Shown one piece after another: positions 13,635 through 26,035 of a stretch of DNA of 64,000 nt (position 1 is the first letter of the stretch; every line of letters starts with the position of its first letter). The position numbers and the translations under genes are program-made. The DNA is from Octopus sinensis. Lineage: Eukaryota. The DNA is taken from the NCBI RefSeq assembly GCF_006345805.1, contig NC_043000.1, positions 101,494,001 through 101,558,000 of the forward strand, given 5' to 3'. The notes under the pieces were generated by a model. That model made no database searches, was not told the origin of the DNA, and worked only from the letters and a program-made list of their open reading frames with translations.

Positions 13635-14420
13635 ATAATATCAACAGTAATGATAATAATATTAATAAAGAGCTAGAATCCTGTTATGTGTAAAATAAGT
13701 GTAAAACTAAAAATGTAATATATAAATGTAAAGTTACATCTGAGGGTAATGAATACTTTATCATCGTGGGGCATCATTAATTTTTAAGAGAAGACTGGCA
13801 AATCATTTGAGCTCATTTAGAGATAAAGATAAAAGATTCTGAACATATCTTAGCAAATTAATCTAGTTTATTAAGGACAGAAACAAAGATTATACTATCA
13901 ACTGGGAATTAATTAGTGCTGCAAAAACATACAGTCCTGGAACTAAAAAATGTGACCCATGTTTAAAAGAATTTTACCAGATTTTTAATCCAAGGGTAAT
14001 GTAATAAATTCTAGACAGGAACAAGCTTTGAGATGCTTGCACATGAGGAAATTCCCGTTTGCCCAGTATAAATGAATAACAAACATTTAAACAGTGGAAT
14101 GTTTTGAAATAATGGACTCTAAATGATTATCAAATCAAAACTTGAATTGAAGATTGTTCACGTCTAATTTAATGAACGACTCTACATGATACAATGCAGA
14201 GTAGATAAACAAAAAACTTTAAACACTTAAATCGAAAGATATTAAGTGCAGATCCTGAAGAAACTGCTCTGGTATTATAGTAGGGCTGCAATTCCAATGG
14301 TTACTGATCGGTGCAGTAGAAACATGTGTAGGTCTATGTAAAGCTGTATATATAAAAACAATTAAAAGTAATGCTATGCAACTTTGTATTAATCCTTATT
14401 ACTGTTATTGTTGATAATAT
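13635..14420 (+). mobile_element. Penelope-like element 3' remnant: GIY-YIG pseudogene plus 3' HHR
   Basis: Translates with stops and frameshifts as NKCKTKNVIYKCKVTSEGNEYF..VGAS..FKRRLANHLSSFRDKDKRF*TYLSKLI*FIKDRNKDYTINWELISAAKTYSPGTKKCDPCLKEF..INSRQEQALRCLHMRKF, ending about 14075. HHR at 14250. Confidence 0.85.
14250..14335 (+). ncRNA. Type I hammerhead ribozyme motif (PLE-associated)
   Basis: Stem I agauc/ggucu. Core CUGAAGA at 14255. Stem II acugc/gcagu around a long loop. GAAA at 14319. Palindromic ACAUGU at stem III. GUA cleavage triplet 14328-14330. Confidence 0.7.
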
Positions 14421-14639
14421 ATGTGTGTGTGTGTGTGTATCTGTGAATATATATGTAAATATGTGTGTGTGTGTAATATATATATATATATATATTTATA
14501 TATGAATGTATGTATGTATATATGTGTGTGTGTGTATATATATGTGTGTGTGTGTGTGTATGTGAGTACCCAAAGGGGCAGCTAGGCGTCAGGTATACAT
14601 ATCAAAAGGAGTAGCTGTAGTTAAGAGATTTGCAAGTGT

Positions 14640-16860
14640 ACTACAATGTGAAGATCAGAGACATGAGGTGTTCAGGATTGAAAGGGGCTTTAAAGTTAAC
14701 CTAGCTTAGACAAGAGTGGTTGTTAGTAAGAAAGAAGATAAAACTTTCTTTCCATCAGGTAAATGGTCCTGCTCCATATGTAGGAAAGGAGTTGGAAGTA
14801 ATTTCATTTGCTGCACCCAGTGTAAACTATGGACACATAAGAGATGCAGTGGTATCACAGGTAAAAAGCACCCAGTCCACACTGTAAAGTGGTTGGTGTT
14901 TGGAAGGGCATCCAGCTGTAAAAACCTTGCCAAAACTGACCTTGCCTGTGTTTGTACCACGTAAAAAGCACTACTCACCTTGCCTGTACTTGTGCTGTGT
15001 AAAAAATACTCAGCCCACTCTGCTGAGTGGTTGGTGTTAGGAAGGGCATCCAGCTGTAAAAATCCTGCCAAAACAGGCACAGAAGTCCAGTGCAGGCTTC
15101 AGCCTGGCCGGCTCTTGTGGTATCTTTGCATGTGGCAGATGTACAGGATGATCTGAAAATATTGTTTCTAGAATAAGAATTGGGTGGAGGAAGTTCAGAG
15201 AGCTATTACCTCTGTTGGCAACAAAAGGACTTGCTCTCAGAGTGAAAGGTAGACTATATGATGCTTGTATATGAACGGCTATACTCCATGGTAGTGAGAC
15301 ATGGGTTCTGAATGCAGAAGACATGCATAGAGTGGAGAGAAATGAAGGTAGTATATTCTGATGGATGTGCAGCATCAGTGCACATGTATGAAAAATTTCA
15401 AATGTATTGAGAGAAAAGTTGTGCATAAGAGGAATCAAATGTACATGCAAGAAAGAACACTACATTGGTTTGGACATGTGATGTGTATGAATGAGGACAG
15501 CTGCATAAAGAAGTGCTAATCACTGACAGTGGATGGTACCTGTGGAAGAAGGAGACCCAGGAAGACAGGAGATGAAGTGGTAAGGACTGAACTCAGGAAG
15601 CTGGGCATCACTGAGGAAATGACAGTGGACTAAGATGTCTGGTGATATGATATTTTTGAGAAGACCAGCCCACATCAGCAAAAATGAGTTTCAGAAGTGG
15701 GTGTCACACCCACAATTAACAAGAAAACTTCTGACACACTCTACCACGACAAACCAGATTACATCTCAACATCTCTTCTCTTCTTCACATTTCTGCTTCA
15801 TGTACTATAATTACATGCCCCTCCCTAATCCTGTTCGCTTGCCCCCCCCCCCGACCTGGGTGTTCTACCTACACATATCAAGAAAACTTTTCCTTCACCC
15901 TACCCCAACAAACCAACCTACATCTCTTCTCTTTCTCATATTTTCCTTCTTCATACATTATGCCTAGCTCTCACTCCCCAATCTCATCCTCACACCCCTG
16001 TTTCTCTTTGTCATTGCTATCAGGTAGCCCCACCAACTCTGTATATACCCGTGTTTTTTCACCACTTATTCGCACTCTTTAATCACACTCTCTTTACAAT
16101 ATCCTATTATTTATATTATGGCATTTGAACCTCAAGGGTATGCCCTGGCACTTGTTACCATCTATATATCTCTCTCCCCTTACTCAACCATCTCGTTTAT
16201 ATTCTGATCCCAGTCCCTTGTGAGTATGCCACCATCTCTATCTTGCTGTCTCCCTCTCTCTCTCCTTCTCCTGCACTCCTCTCAGGTTAGGCAACCATGT
16301 ATTTTCTTTGCAGTAGCACACCTGTTTGTGTCTTCATTCCTGATTTTTCTTTCTTTGGCCAGGTAACCTTGTACTTCCTCTACATCAAGGTACCTATATC
16401 TGTCTCACTATAACCTTTTCACTATCACCTCCTCCAGTGCCACCTCCCACCTTAAATGTTTTTTTTTAATGTTTTGCAAGTACTTGGTGACCCTGTCAGT
16501 GTAGGTGCAACTTAAAAGCACCCAGTCCACACTGTAAAGTGGTTGGTGTTTGGAATGGCATCCAGCAGTAAAAACCTTGCCAAAACTGACCTTGCCTGTG
16601 TTTGTACCACGTAAAAAGCACTACTCACCTTGCCTGTACTTGTGCTGTGTAAAAAATACTCAGCCCACTCTGCTGAGTGGTTGGTGTTAGGAAGGGCATC
16701 CAGCTGTAAAAATCCTGCCAAAACAGGCACAGAAGTCCGGTGCAGGCTTCAGCCTGGCCAGCTCTTGTGGTATCATCCCACCCATGCTAGCATGGAAGAC
16801 AGATGTTAAATGATAATGATGATGATGATGATGATAATGATGATGATAATGATGATGATA
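14640..16860 (+). mobile_element. RTE-clade LINE, 5'-truncated and decayed (RT C-terminal region, 3' UTR, (GAT)n tail)
   Basis: KVNLA*TRVVV..GKWSCSICRKGVGSNFICCTQCKLWTHKRCSGITG, then RIRIGWRKFRELLPLL..KGRLYDACI*TAILHGSETW..WFGHVM..RRRPRKT. Ends in a (GAT)n tail at about 16810-16860. Confidence 0.9.
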
Positions 16861-17459
16861 TTGTGAATGTGTGTGTCAGCCCACTATTAGATCACTGAAG
16901 TGCTTGGTCATTACAAACTTAATATCACCATTTAAAGCAAATGGCATTTGCAGGTGTCATGAGAATTAATTTTTCAAGTTTATACATTTCTCATATTTCT
17001 GTATGTAATCTAGTTATTGCTGCCGCTGTGGTTGTCATTGTAATTGCTGTTGCTGTTACTGTTGTTATTGCATTTTTGTTGCTGTTGCTATTGTTTTCTG
17101 TGTTGCTTTCATCATTGTGTTGTTGCTACTGTTGTTAATGCTGATGTTGAGCCTGAGGTCTGCTGTGTATGAGTTGACTTATTAACCTTTAGCACACTGC
17201 ATTTTCTCTAGAATTGTTTCCTCTGCCGCTGCCCTGTTATTTCAGGGGAGAAACTAATACTGTTACATGATGCACCTACAGTGTGCTAAAGATTAAATGC
17301 TCTCCGTGTGTGGCTATTATGGCTTTCTATGTGTATCTAGGACTATATTGTAACCAATGTGCTCATAAAGAGAATATAAAAAAAACAACAGCTGGATGCA
17401 CTGTATAACAGCTACAACCTTATTTCTAGTCAGCCACACCATTACATAGGGTATGCCTT

Positions 17460-18212
17460 AATAAACCTTTAAGATTCAGATATCTTTAATAAAATCTTAT
17501 GCTTGTTGTCCAGATTGTTTTGAATCAAACTTACATTGTCTCGTAGCTTTAAGATTTCAAATGATGTGATTGTTTAGTTTCAGAATGACATTGTAAGGGT
17601 GGTGCAAGGGGCTAGATCTGGCTGGTTTGAACTTAAAACAGGTACAATATTTGGACCAGATGTTGTTGGTTTAGATGCACAAGGGTTAAAGGATATTTTT
17701 ATTTTGTGATAATAACAGAGAAGAATCAGGTGAAGAATCCTTATTATGAAGTTGCATGGTAAGGTGACAAGCTGGAAGAATTGTTCTTTTTCTGAACAAA
17801 ATGCTAACCAGCATTTTTCCTACACCTATGTTCTGAGTTCAAATTCCACCAAGGTTGACTTTGCTTTTCATCTCTTCAGGATCAATAAAAAAAAATACCA
17901 GTTCAGCACAAGGGCTTGATATAATCAACTATCCACCTTTCTTAAAAATTTCAGACTTTGTATTCTATAGTATAAATAATTATTGAACCTTTATCATTTG
18001 CATTTTTCTGTCAAAAGTAATGCCAATGTATTCATATTGTTTTGAATTAATCATGCATCGTCTTGTAGCTTTGAGATTTTAATGAGGTAACTGTTAATTT
18101 TTAGAATGGCATTGTAGGTTTGGCGTGAGAGGCGAGATCTGGCCACTTGGTACTTGAAATGGATAGAATATTTTGGCTAGATATATGGTCAATTTAAATA
18201 CTAAATGGTTAA
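17460..18212. mobile_element. Two decayed TTAA-type MITE copies flanking a SINE family A copy
   Basis: Both resemble 49931-50150 and end aagggttaa / aaatggttaa. Family A SINE at about 17760-17960. Confidence 0.65.
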
Positions 18213-20070
18213 GTTGCATAGTTGAAGGGTTAGCCAATACCTTTTACCTTTATATTTGACAGAGAGCAATGTCATCATTTGAAATATAGAAGAAAGTATG
18301 ACAAACTTTTGTGCAGTGGAAACTACACAATTCCACTCACAATGTGTTTGTGAAACCAAGGTCAGAAATCAGATGTCCAATTGAGAAATTGAACCCAAAC
18401 CATACAGTTGCAAATCAAACATTTCCATTCTTGGTTTGTCAAGGGTCAACTTCAAATATGACCCACTTAAAGACACTGAATCCCAATATAAAAATTCTGT
18501 GTACATATCATTAATTCTAAGATTCGTTCTAAAACTTAGTCTTTTTCTTCCTATAAAATATTGAAATTCTTTGTCAAACGTGATTTTAATATTTGCGTGA
18601 GTGGCTGCTTATTTTTTCTTTGTGTCTTTCATTATCTTTTAAGTTGTTTTTCTTTTTCTTGTTTGTTTGTTTTTTTCCCTCATTCATCTTTGACAAAATT
18701 ATATGCCAGGAATAGTTACAGATGCTCTGAATTAGTGTTGAAACCAACTGTTTATTTTGAGAAATTATCTTCACTGTCTGATAAACATTGTTTTGTTGAA
18801 TAAGAAAGACTAGCTCCCACTTAATAATTGGTTTATATTTTTGGTACTGCTAATAATTTGTTCACACACACACATCACACACACATCACACACACATATG
18901 AATGTATGTATCTATATATATGTGTGTGTGTTCATATAAACTATATGTGTCTGTATATGTGTGTGTATGGTCTCATGAGAGTCTATTCTTTGACAATTCC
19001 TCCCTGGTGGGTCATATATTATTCTAGATAAAAAAGCATCCAGATGTGATCACCCAATCAGAACAGCCTGTGACCCAGCAAAATAAATAAATAAATAAAC
19101 CCACAATGCTTTTGATATACACTTACCTTGTTTACCAATTTACTATTCATACAAAACCTGTGAATAATATAATAAAACACTTGAAAATTCTTCCTTTCTT
19201 AATCTAAAACAATTAGAGGTGTGTATGTGTGTTTGTGTTTATGAATGTGTAAAGGAACATATTCTTGCATCATTTTCTTTCTCTTGCTACAATGTAATAT
19301 AAAACACTATAGTAAACCCTTTACTCTACTGTTGTTATTGAGCACTTTCTCAATTAATGTTCTATGGCTTTTATATACCTGAACATGTTTAAAACTTCTA
19401 CATTACTATGTGCATGTGTGTTAGATGTGTGTGTATATAAGTTATGAATTTGTTAGTAAATGAGTGTATATATGAGTATTTATGTATGTGTGAGTGTTTT
19501 TGTATGTATGTGTGAGTGTGTGTGTGTGCAACCCAAGCTGATGTGTTTGCATCCCTGTAACTTAGCGATTTGGCAAAAGAGACTGAGAGAATAAGTACTA
19601 GGCTTACAAAGAATAAGTCCTGGGGGCGATTTGCTCGACTAAAGGCGGTGCTCCAGTATGGCTGCAGTCAAATGACTGAAACAATTAAGAGAGTAAAAGA
19701 GTGTATATATATATTATATATATATAGGAAAAGCAGGTAATCAGAATTTGGATAATTCTTTGATAGCGCTAATAAAGAATTATCAAAACTTCTGTCTATA
19801 TCCTCTTTCTTAATATATAAAATCTGTATACCACTTCATACAATCTCTTTCTCCCTCTCCTCTCTCTTTCTCCCTCTCCTCTCTCTTACTCCCTCTCCTC
19901 TCTCTTTCTCCCTCTCCTCTCTCTTTCTCCGTCTCCTCTCTCTTTCTCCCTCTTTCTCGGTGTGTGTGTCTGTGTGTGTTTGACTACAAAAAGAATTACT
20001 CCATCTGAGGACATGGACAGAATTATTAATTTGTAGGCATTTTTCAGTCCCAGAAACTGATTCCTTCAAA

Positions 20071-20101
<31 letters not shown>

Positions 20102-20463
20102 AGATGAATTGACCCCCCCCCCCCGTATTGCACTAGTTCTGTATTTATCGATCCCTAAAAGGATGAAAGGCAAAGTTAACCTTGGCAGGATTTTTCTGCT
20201 AGTGCAGAGAGCTTGAATAAACACTGCAAGGCATGCTGTCTGGTTCCCTAACAAATCTGCCAACTCACACCATCTATATATGTAAGAGCATGTGGACTGG
20301 TAGTCTGGCTTCCATTGTTTTTTTCTGTGTGTGTGTGTGTGTGTGTGTTGTGTGTCTGTGGCCATCATGTATATGTGTTTGTGTTTGTTTTTGTTCTTTG
20401 TATATGTATGCGTGGAGATTTTTCTTGCTAGCAGCCTTATGGCCATGTGTGTATGTACACAGA

Positions 20464-20501
<38 letters not shown>

Positions 20502-20694
20502 CCGCCACAACCATCATCTTTTCCATGCATGCATGGGTGAGACTGAATTTTTTTTTATGGGTGGTTGTCCTTCTTGTCACCGACCCTTACCTGTTTCCTA
20601 GTAAAATGATATTTATCCACAGCTAGACATGTTTTCCATAGAAGGTTGGAAATAGAAGACTCCAATTACCAAATTTTATGAATATGAATATGTA

Positions 20695-21090
20695 CAGATG
20701 TGACTGTGTGGTAAGAAGCTTGTTTCTCAACCCCATTGTTCCTGGTTCTGTCTCACTGCATGGCACCTTGGCCAGGTGTCTTCTATTATAGCCTCAAGCT
20801 GCCCAAAGCCTTTGAGTGGAATTAGCTGATGAAAACTGAAAAAAGCCCATTGTGTGTGTGTGTGAGTGTGTGTGTGTGTGTGTGTGTGTCTTTTTGTCTC
20901 TGTTTGTCCCTCACCACTGTTTGACAAATGGTGTTGGTGTGTTTATGTTCCCATAATGTAGTGGTTTGGCAAAAACAACTGATAAAATGAGCACCAGGCT
21001 TAAGTAAAAAGTAAGTACTGGAGTCAATTTGTTTGACCAAAATTCTTCAAAGTGGTACCTCAGAATGACCAAAACAAGTAGAAGAATAAA
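20695..21090 (+). mobile_element. SINE family B
   Basis: Head, internal (TG)n and tail as in other copies. Confidence 0.8.
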
Positions 21091-21607
21091 ATAACAAATA
21101 ATTCTGTTGTCAATCTCTTTACGATGGTCACTAAGTTACCTGCATCACTACCAAAAAAAAAAAAAGAATAATTAATGAATAAACTTTTATTAAACCAACC
21201 AATATTCTTCATTTTCCTATTCTAACTCCATTCTTCCTTCTTGCTCTTATTCTTTCTTCACCTGCAACCTCATTCTTTCCCAGATTTCCTGCCTTTCTCT
21301 CCCCAACTACTTTTCTCCCAAGCATTCATGACAATTAATTACTTGCTATTTCCTATAAATCTTCTCTGTATCCATGGTCCCCATGAGCTATAGACAAAGA
21401 AAGAATACTTTTCTGATTTCCTGAAGAACTCTCTTTCCAATATCAAAATAACTCTTCTCCCAAGTACAAGACTAAGAAACATTTTAACTGTTAATATTAA
21501 TTACCACTTTCAGGTGGAAAGCGGGTACACTAGGTAAAATGCTTAGTGGCATTTCTTCTGACTTTACGTTGTGAGTTCAAATTTTGTTATAATGTAAGAT
21601 GATTAAG

Positions 21608-21935
21608 TGAAGGTGCATGGCTCAGTGGTTAGACCATCGAGCTTATGATTGTGAGGTTGTGAGTTCGATTCCCAGACTGGGCTACATGTTGTGTTCTTGA
21701 CACTTTGTTTCACATTGCTCCAGTTAACTCAGCTGTAGAAATGATTTGTGACATCACTGGTGCCAAGTTGTATCGGCCTTTGCCTTTCTCTTGGATAACA
21801 TTAGTGGTGTGGAGAGGGGAGGCTGGTATGCATGGGTAACTACTGGCTTCCATAAACAACCTTGCCCAGACTTGTACCTCGGAGAGTAACTTTCTAGGTG
21901 CAATCCCATGATCATTCATGACCAAAGGGCGGTCT
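21608..21935 (+). mobile_element. tRNA-derived SINE family C
   Basis: A box tggctcagtgg and B box gagttcgattcc. Similar copies at 31897 (+) and 42275 (-). Confidence 0.85.
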
Positions 21936-22454
21936 ACCAAAATGATTAATGTTATTGTGCTCAGATAATGGCTTTATTAATGAATGAAGAAAATATTGCA
22001 ACAATTCCAAACCAAAGTCCAAAATGGTAAACTGTAACTTCAATTGCCCATGATGCAAAATAAACCATCTGTACCACAGTAAGCATGCTAAGGTGAAAAG
22101 AGTAAATCCACAACAATGAGTTGATGTATATCTAACATCACCAGGTAGAGTCAATAAAGTGTCCTCTCCGTATGAATCGCCGTAAGCTTAAGTAATAAAT
22201 GTTGTGGGAGTGAAAAATGTCACATGATAGAATTGTGTCCATTGATTGGATGATGCTTAATAAACAATGTTTTGTGTTGAGACAACAGGAGTTGTCTCAG
22301 ATTCTACTGAGGTTGGCTTTGCCTTTGATACTTTGGGGGTCAGTAAAATAAGTACCAGTGGAACACTGGGGTTGATATAATCAACTTAGTTTCTCCCACT
22401 AAATTGTTAGTCTTGTACAAAAATTTGAAATTTGTACAATATTAATTACCACTT

Positions 22455-22655
22455 TCAAGGTGTCAAACTAGCAGAATCATGAGTACACCAGGCAAAATGC
22501 TTAGTGGTATTTTTTCTGACTTTATGTTCTGAGTTCAAATCCCGCTGAGGTTGACTTTGCCTTTCATCCTTCCAAAGTCAATAAAATAAGTACCAGTCAA
22601 TGTATTTGAGTTACTGCCTCCCCACAAATTGCTAGCCTTGTGACAAAATTTGAAA
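22455..22655 (+). mobile_element. SINE family A (variant tail)
   Basis: gttctgagttcaaatccc..gttgactttgcctttcatcc..aagtaccag. A partial copy precedes it at about 22300-22435. Confidence 0.75.
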
Positions 22656-22659
22656 CAGA

Positions 22660-23475
22660 TATCAATGTGCAAGAGAGACGACTGGGTTGGTATGGTCATG
22701 TGATGTGTATGAAAGAGGACAGCTGTGTAAAGTAGTGCCGATCTCCAACTGTGGAGATAACCTGTTCAAGAGGTAGGCCCAGGAAGACATGGGATGCGGT
22801 GGTGAAACATGACCTTTGAATGTTGAGCCTTGTGGAGGCAATGACTAGTGACCAAGACCTTTAGTGATATGCTGTGCTTGAGAAGACCTATCAAGCCAAG
22901 TGAAATCACAGTCATGGCTGATACTGGAGTTATGTAGCTGGTACGCATGCTGGTGGCATGTAAAAAGCACCTTTCAAGTGTTGGGTCTCATGGTCGTAAT
23001 GTGGTTGATGCTGGTGTCACATAACTAGCACCCCTGTTGGTGGCACGTAAAAAACACCTTTTGAGCAGTGGGCCTCATGGAGGCAATGTGGCTGATACCA
23101 GTATTGTGTAACAAGTACCTATGCCAGCGGCACATAAAAAGCACCTCTTGAGCATTGGGCATTGCAGAGGCAGTGACAAATGACCAAGACCTTCAACAAT
23201 ATGCTGTGTTTAAGTAGAAGACCCATCAAGTTAAGTGAAATTGTAGTTGTGGCAGAAACTAGGGCTACTCAACTGGCACCCATGCCAGTGGCATTAAAAA
23301 GCACCCACTACACTCTCAGAGTAGATGATGTTACAAAGGGCATTCAGCCATAGAAACTATGCTAAATCAGACTGGAATTTGGTGCAACCCTTCAACTTGC
23401 CAGCCTTGATCAAACCATTGAACCCATGCCAGCATGGGCAACAGATGTTAAATGATGATGACGATGATGATGATC
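22660..23475 (+). mobile_element. RTE LINE 3' fragment with internally repeated 3' UTR
   Basis: VQERRLGWYGHVMCMKEDSCVK*CRS..RGRPRKTWDAVVKHDL, repeated ..taaaaagcacc.. units, (GAT)n tail. Confidence 0.85.
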
Positions 23476-23677
23476 AATTGCCACTTTACCTTTTGCCTGT
23501 TCTATGTATCACATTCCATATACAGGAGATATTTCCCTGGTGTCTATGCATTGTGTATAATACATATTCTCAATTGTTTTCAACCACTAGAGTAAAATAG
23601 GACTTATGAAAAGAAAGCTTTTATTGCTCAGAACATATGAAACAAAACCTAAAACCTGAAAACAAGCATTTAAGATA

Positions 23678-24216
23678 ATCATCATCATTATTTAACATCC
23701 ATTGCCCATGCCAGCATGGGTTGGACAGTTTGACTAGAGCTGGTAAGCCAGAGAGCTGCATCAGGCTCCAGTCTGTTTGGCATGGTTACTATGACTATAT
23801 GCCCTTCCTAATGCCAAATACTTTACAGAGTGTGCTATATGGTCACTTTTATGTGGGACTTCATGGGTGCTTTTATGTGACACTACACAGGCACTTTTAC
23901 ATAGCACTGTCACAAGTACTTTCCATGTGGTACCGGCACAGGACTGTTGCAGATCAATCCTCCCCACCAGGAGGACTAAAAAATTAACACTTCTGCTGTG
24001 GGGCACATGTCTTCTAGGCATTCCAGTCCTTTCTCATCTTGCCTGAAAAATTCAGCATCTTGAAGTCATTCTTCACTACTTTGTCCCATGTCTTCCTGGG
24101 TCTCTCACTTCCACGAGTTTCATCTACTTTGAGAGATCGGCATTTCTTTATAGATCTGTCGGTGTCTGTCTGCATCACATAAATAAACCAACACAGTCTT
24201 CTCTCTTGCACACAAC
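23678..24216 (-). mobile_element. RTE LINE 3' fragment, opposite orientation
   Basis: Minus ORF CVQERRLCWF..SIKKCRSLKVDETRGSERPRKTWDKVVKND. Tail (CAT)n on the plus strand at about 23680. Confidence 0.85.
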
Positions 24217-25825
24217 ATTTATGAAAATACTTTGGACAGATAAAGAGCTGATATTTAATCCTAGCAGTAGCCAATTTACACTTGCGTTTATTACTAGCGA
24301 TGAGAATGTTAATCCTTTAATTATGTAACTCTATAATCAGGATTTTTCACAAGTGTTTCTCTCTTATCAATAAAATAAAGATACATTCTAAGAAATCCTC
24401 TACCTGGTTGCATGATCTGCTAGAAGTAGCAGCAAAATCTCCTTTTTACAGCTTATGTTTTTAAAAACAACTGAAGTAGCCATTGTATCATACATGTAAA
24501 CTACATCCAAAAAACCCAGCAGTATCTTTTAACTATAAATCTGCCTGATCAAAGGTAATTTAATATTAAATGAGAACAGTGACAGTCTTCTTTGTCTCAA
24601 ACCTTAAGATGTTCAGGCTTTTGGAATGTATAATTTAGTAATTTTCTTCTTTTCTCATTTCAAATCATAGATCCTTGTATTTATAGTCTTACATCTTGTC
24701 TGTCGCTTATGATAATGACTGCTTACCTTATGGTTCATCATCAGTAAGGTAGGTCTGTATTGTATATCAACATGGTCTAGCATATTGAAATTTTAATATT
24801 TTTAATAATCCTTTTATGGGAATATCACTTACTTTTAAATGTACTTTACTTTTAGGTAAATATTCACATAAGTGCAGGTATGGCTGTGTGGTTAAGAAGC
24901 TTGCTTTGCTACCACATGGTTTTGGTTTTAGTCCTACTGTATGGCACCTTAGGCAAGTGTCTTCTCCTGTAGCCCCAGGCCACTGTTAAAGTCTTGCGAG
25001 TAAATTTAGTTGCCTGAAACTGTGAAAGCTTGTCATATATATGTGTGTGTGTGTGTGTGTATCCATACATACAGGCTTGTCCTTTATAGGTGTTGGTGCC
25101 ACATAAAATGCACTGGAGCAGGTGCTGCATAAACACACCTGTGCCAGTGATACATTAAAGCACCCAGCACACTCTGTAAAGTGGTTGGCATTAAGAAGGG
25201 CATACAGCTGTAGAAACTGTATCACAACAGACAAGTGGAGTCTGGCCAGCTCCCTCGCTGCTCAGCTCTTGTCAAACCATCCAGGCCATGCTAGCATGGA
25301 AAGCAGGTGTTAAACGATGATGATGTTGATGTTAATGGTGTGTGTATGTGTGTGTGTGTGTGTGTGTCTGTGTGCATGTGTGTACATGTGTGTGTCTTTG
25401 TTTTTTCCTCACCAGTACATGACAAGTATTGGCTCGTTTATGTCCTTGTAACTCAGTGGTTTAGCAAAAGAAACCAGCAGAAGTAGCAGATTTTGAAATA
25501 AGTAGTGGGGTTGATTTTTTTCAATTAAACTCTTCAAACTGGTAACTGCTCCAGCATGATCATCTGTGGTCATTGTGACACCTGGCATGTAGTACACTGT
25601 GCACTTGTTCAGGCAATGTCGATTTAATGAAGGCACTGAACAAATGTACAAATACATTTGATCTCTATAAACAAATCATTTGTCTAGATTGTTCAGCAAA
25701 AGCTGAATACCCAAACATAATCTTTGATGGGAGATTCCATTATATATATATATATCGCCATGTTGATTCGCTAGCCTCTGCACGCATTTTTTTCTCTCCT
25801 TCTTTCTGTGTTTCTTCTCTGTGTA

Positions 25826-25863
25826 TCTTTCTGTTGAAGAGCGTAGGCTCGAAACGTAAAAGA
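25826..25863 (+). ncRNA. Minimal hammerhead-like motif in a short repeat (about 25755-25990)
   Basis: ucuuu-CUGUUGA-A-GAGC-guag-GCUC-GAAAC-GUA-aaaga. Stems I and II are perfect, stem III is a loopless ACGU palindrome, and the core has A6->U. Confidence 0.6.
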
Positions 25864-25990
25864 CTTGTTTTATTTATATTCGTGAGCGCCATACTAATAC
25901 AATTGTTTGTTTGTATTCCACCTGCCTTCGTCTTTTGTTTATTTCCATAAACCTGCCTTCGTCTTTTGTTTATTTTCATAAAGCTTCCCG

Positions 25991-26035
<45 letters not shown>

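Noticed and set aside
14716-14964. PHD/zinc-finger host gene (CSICRKGVG..CTQCKLWTHKRC)
   Set aside because: The motif is embedded in the decayed RTE ORF, with flanking stops.
21608-21690. tRNA gene
   Set aside because: A/B boxes belong to a SINE head. No full cloverleaf, and it continues into the SINE body.
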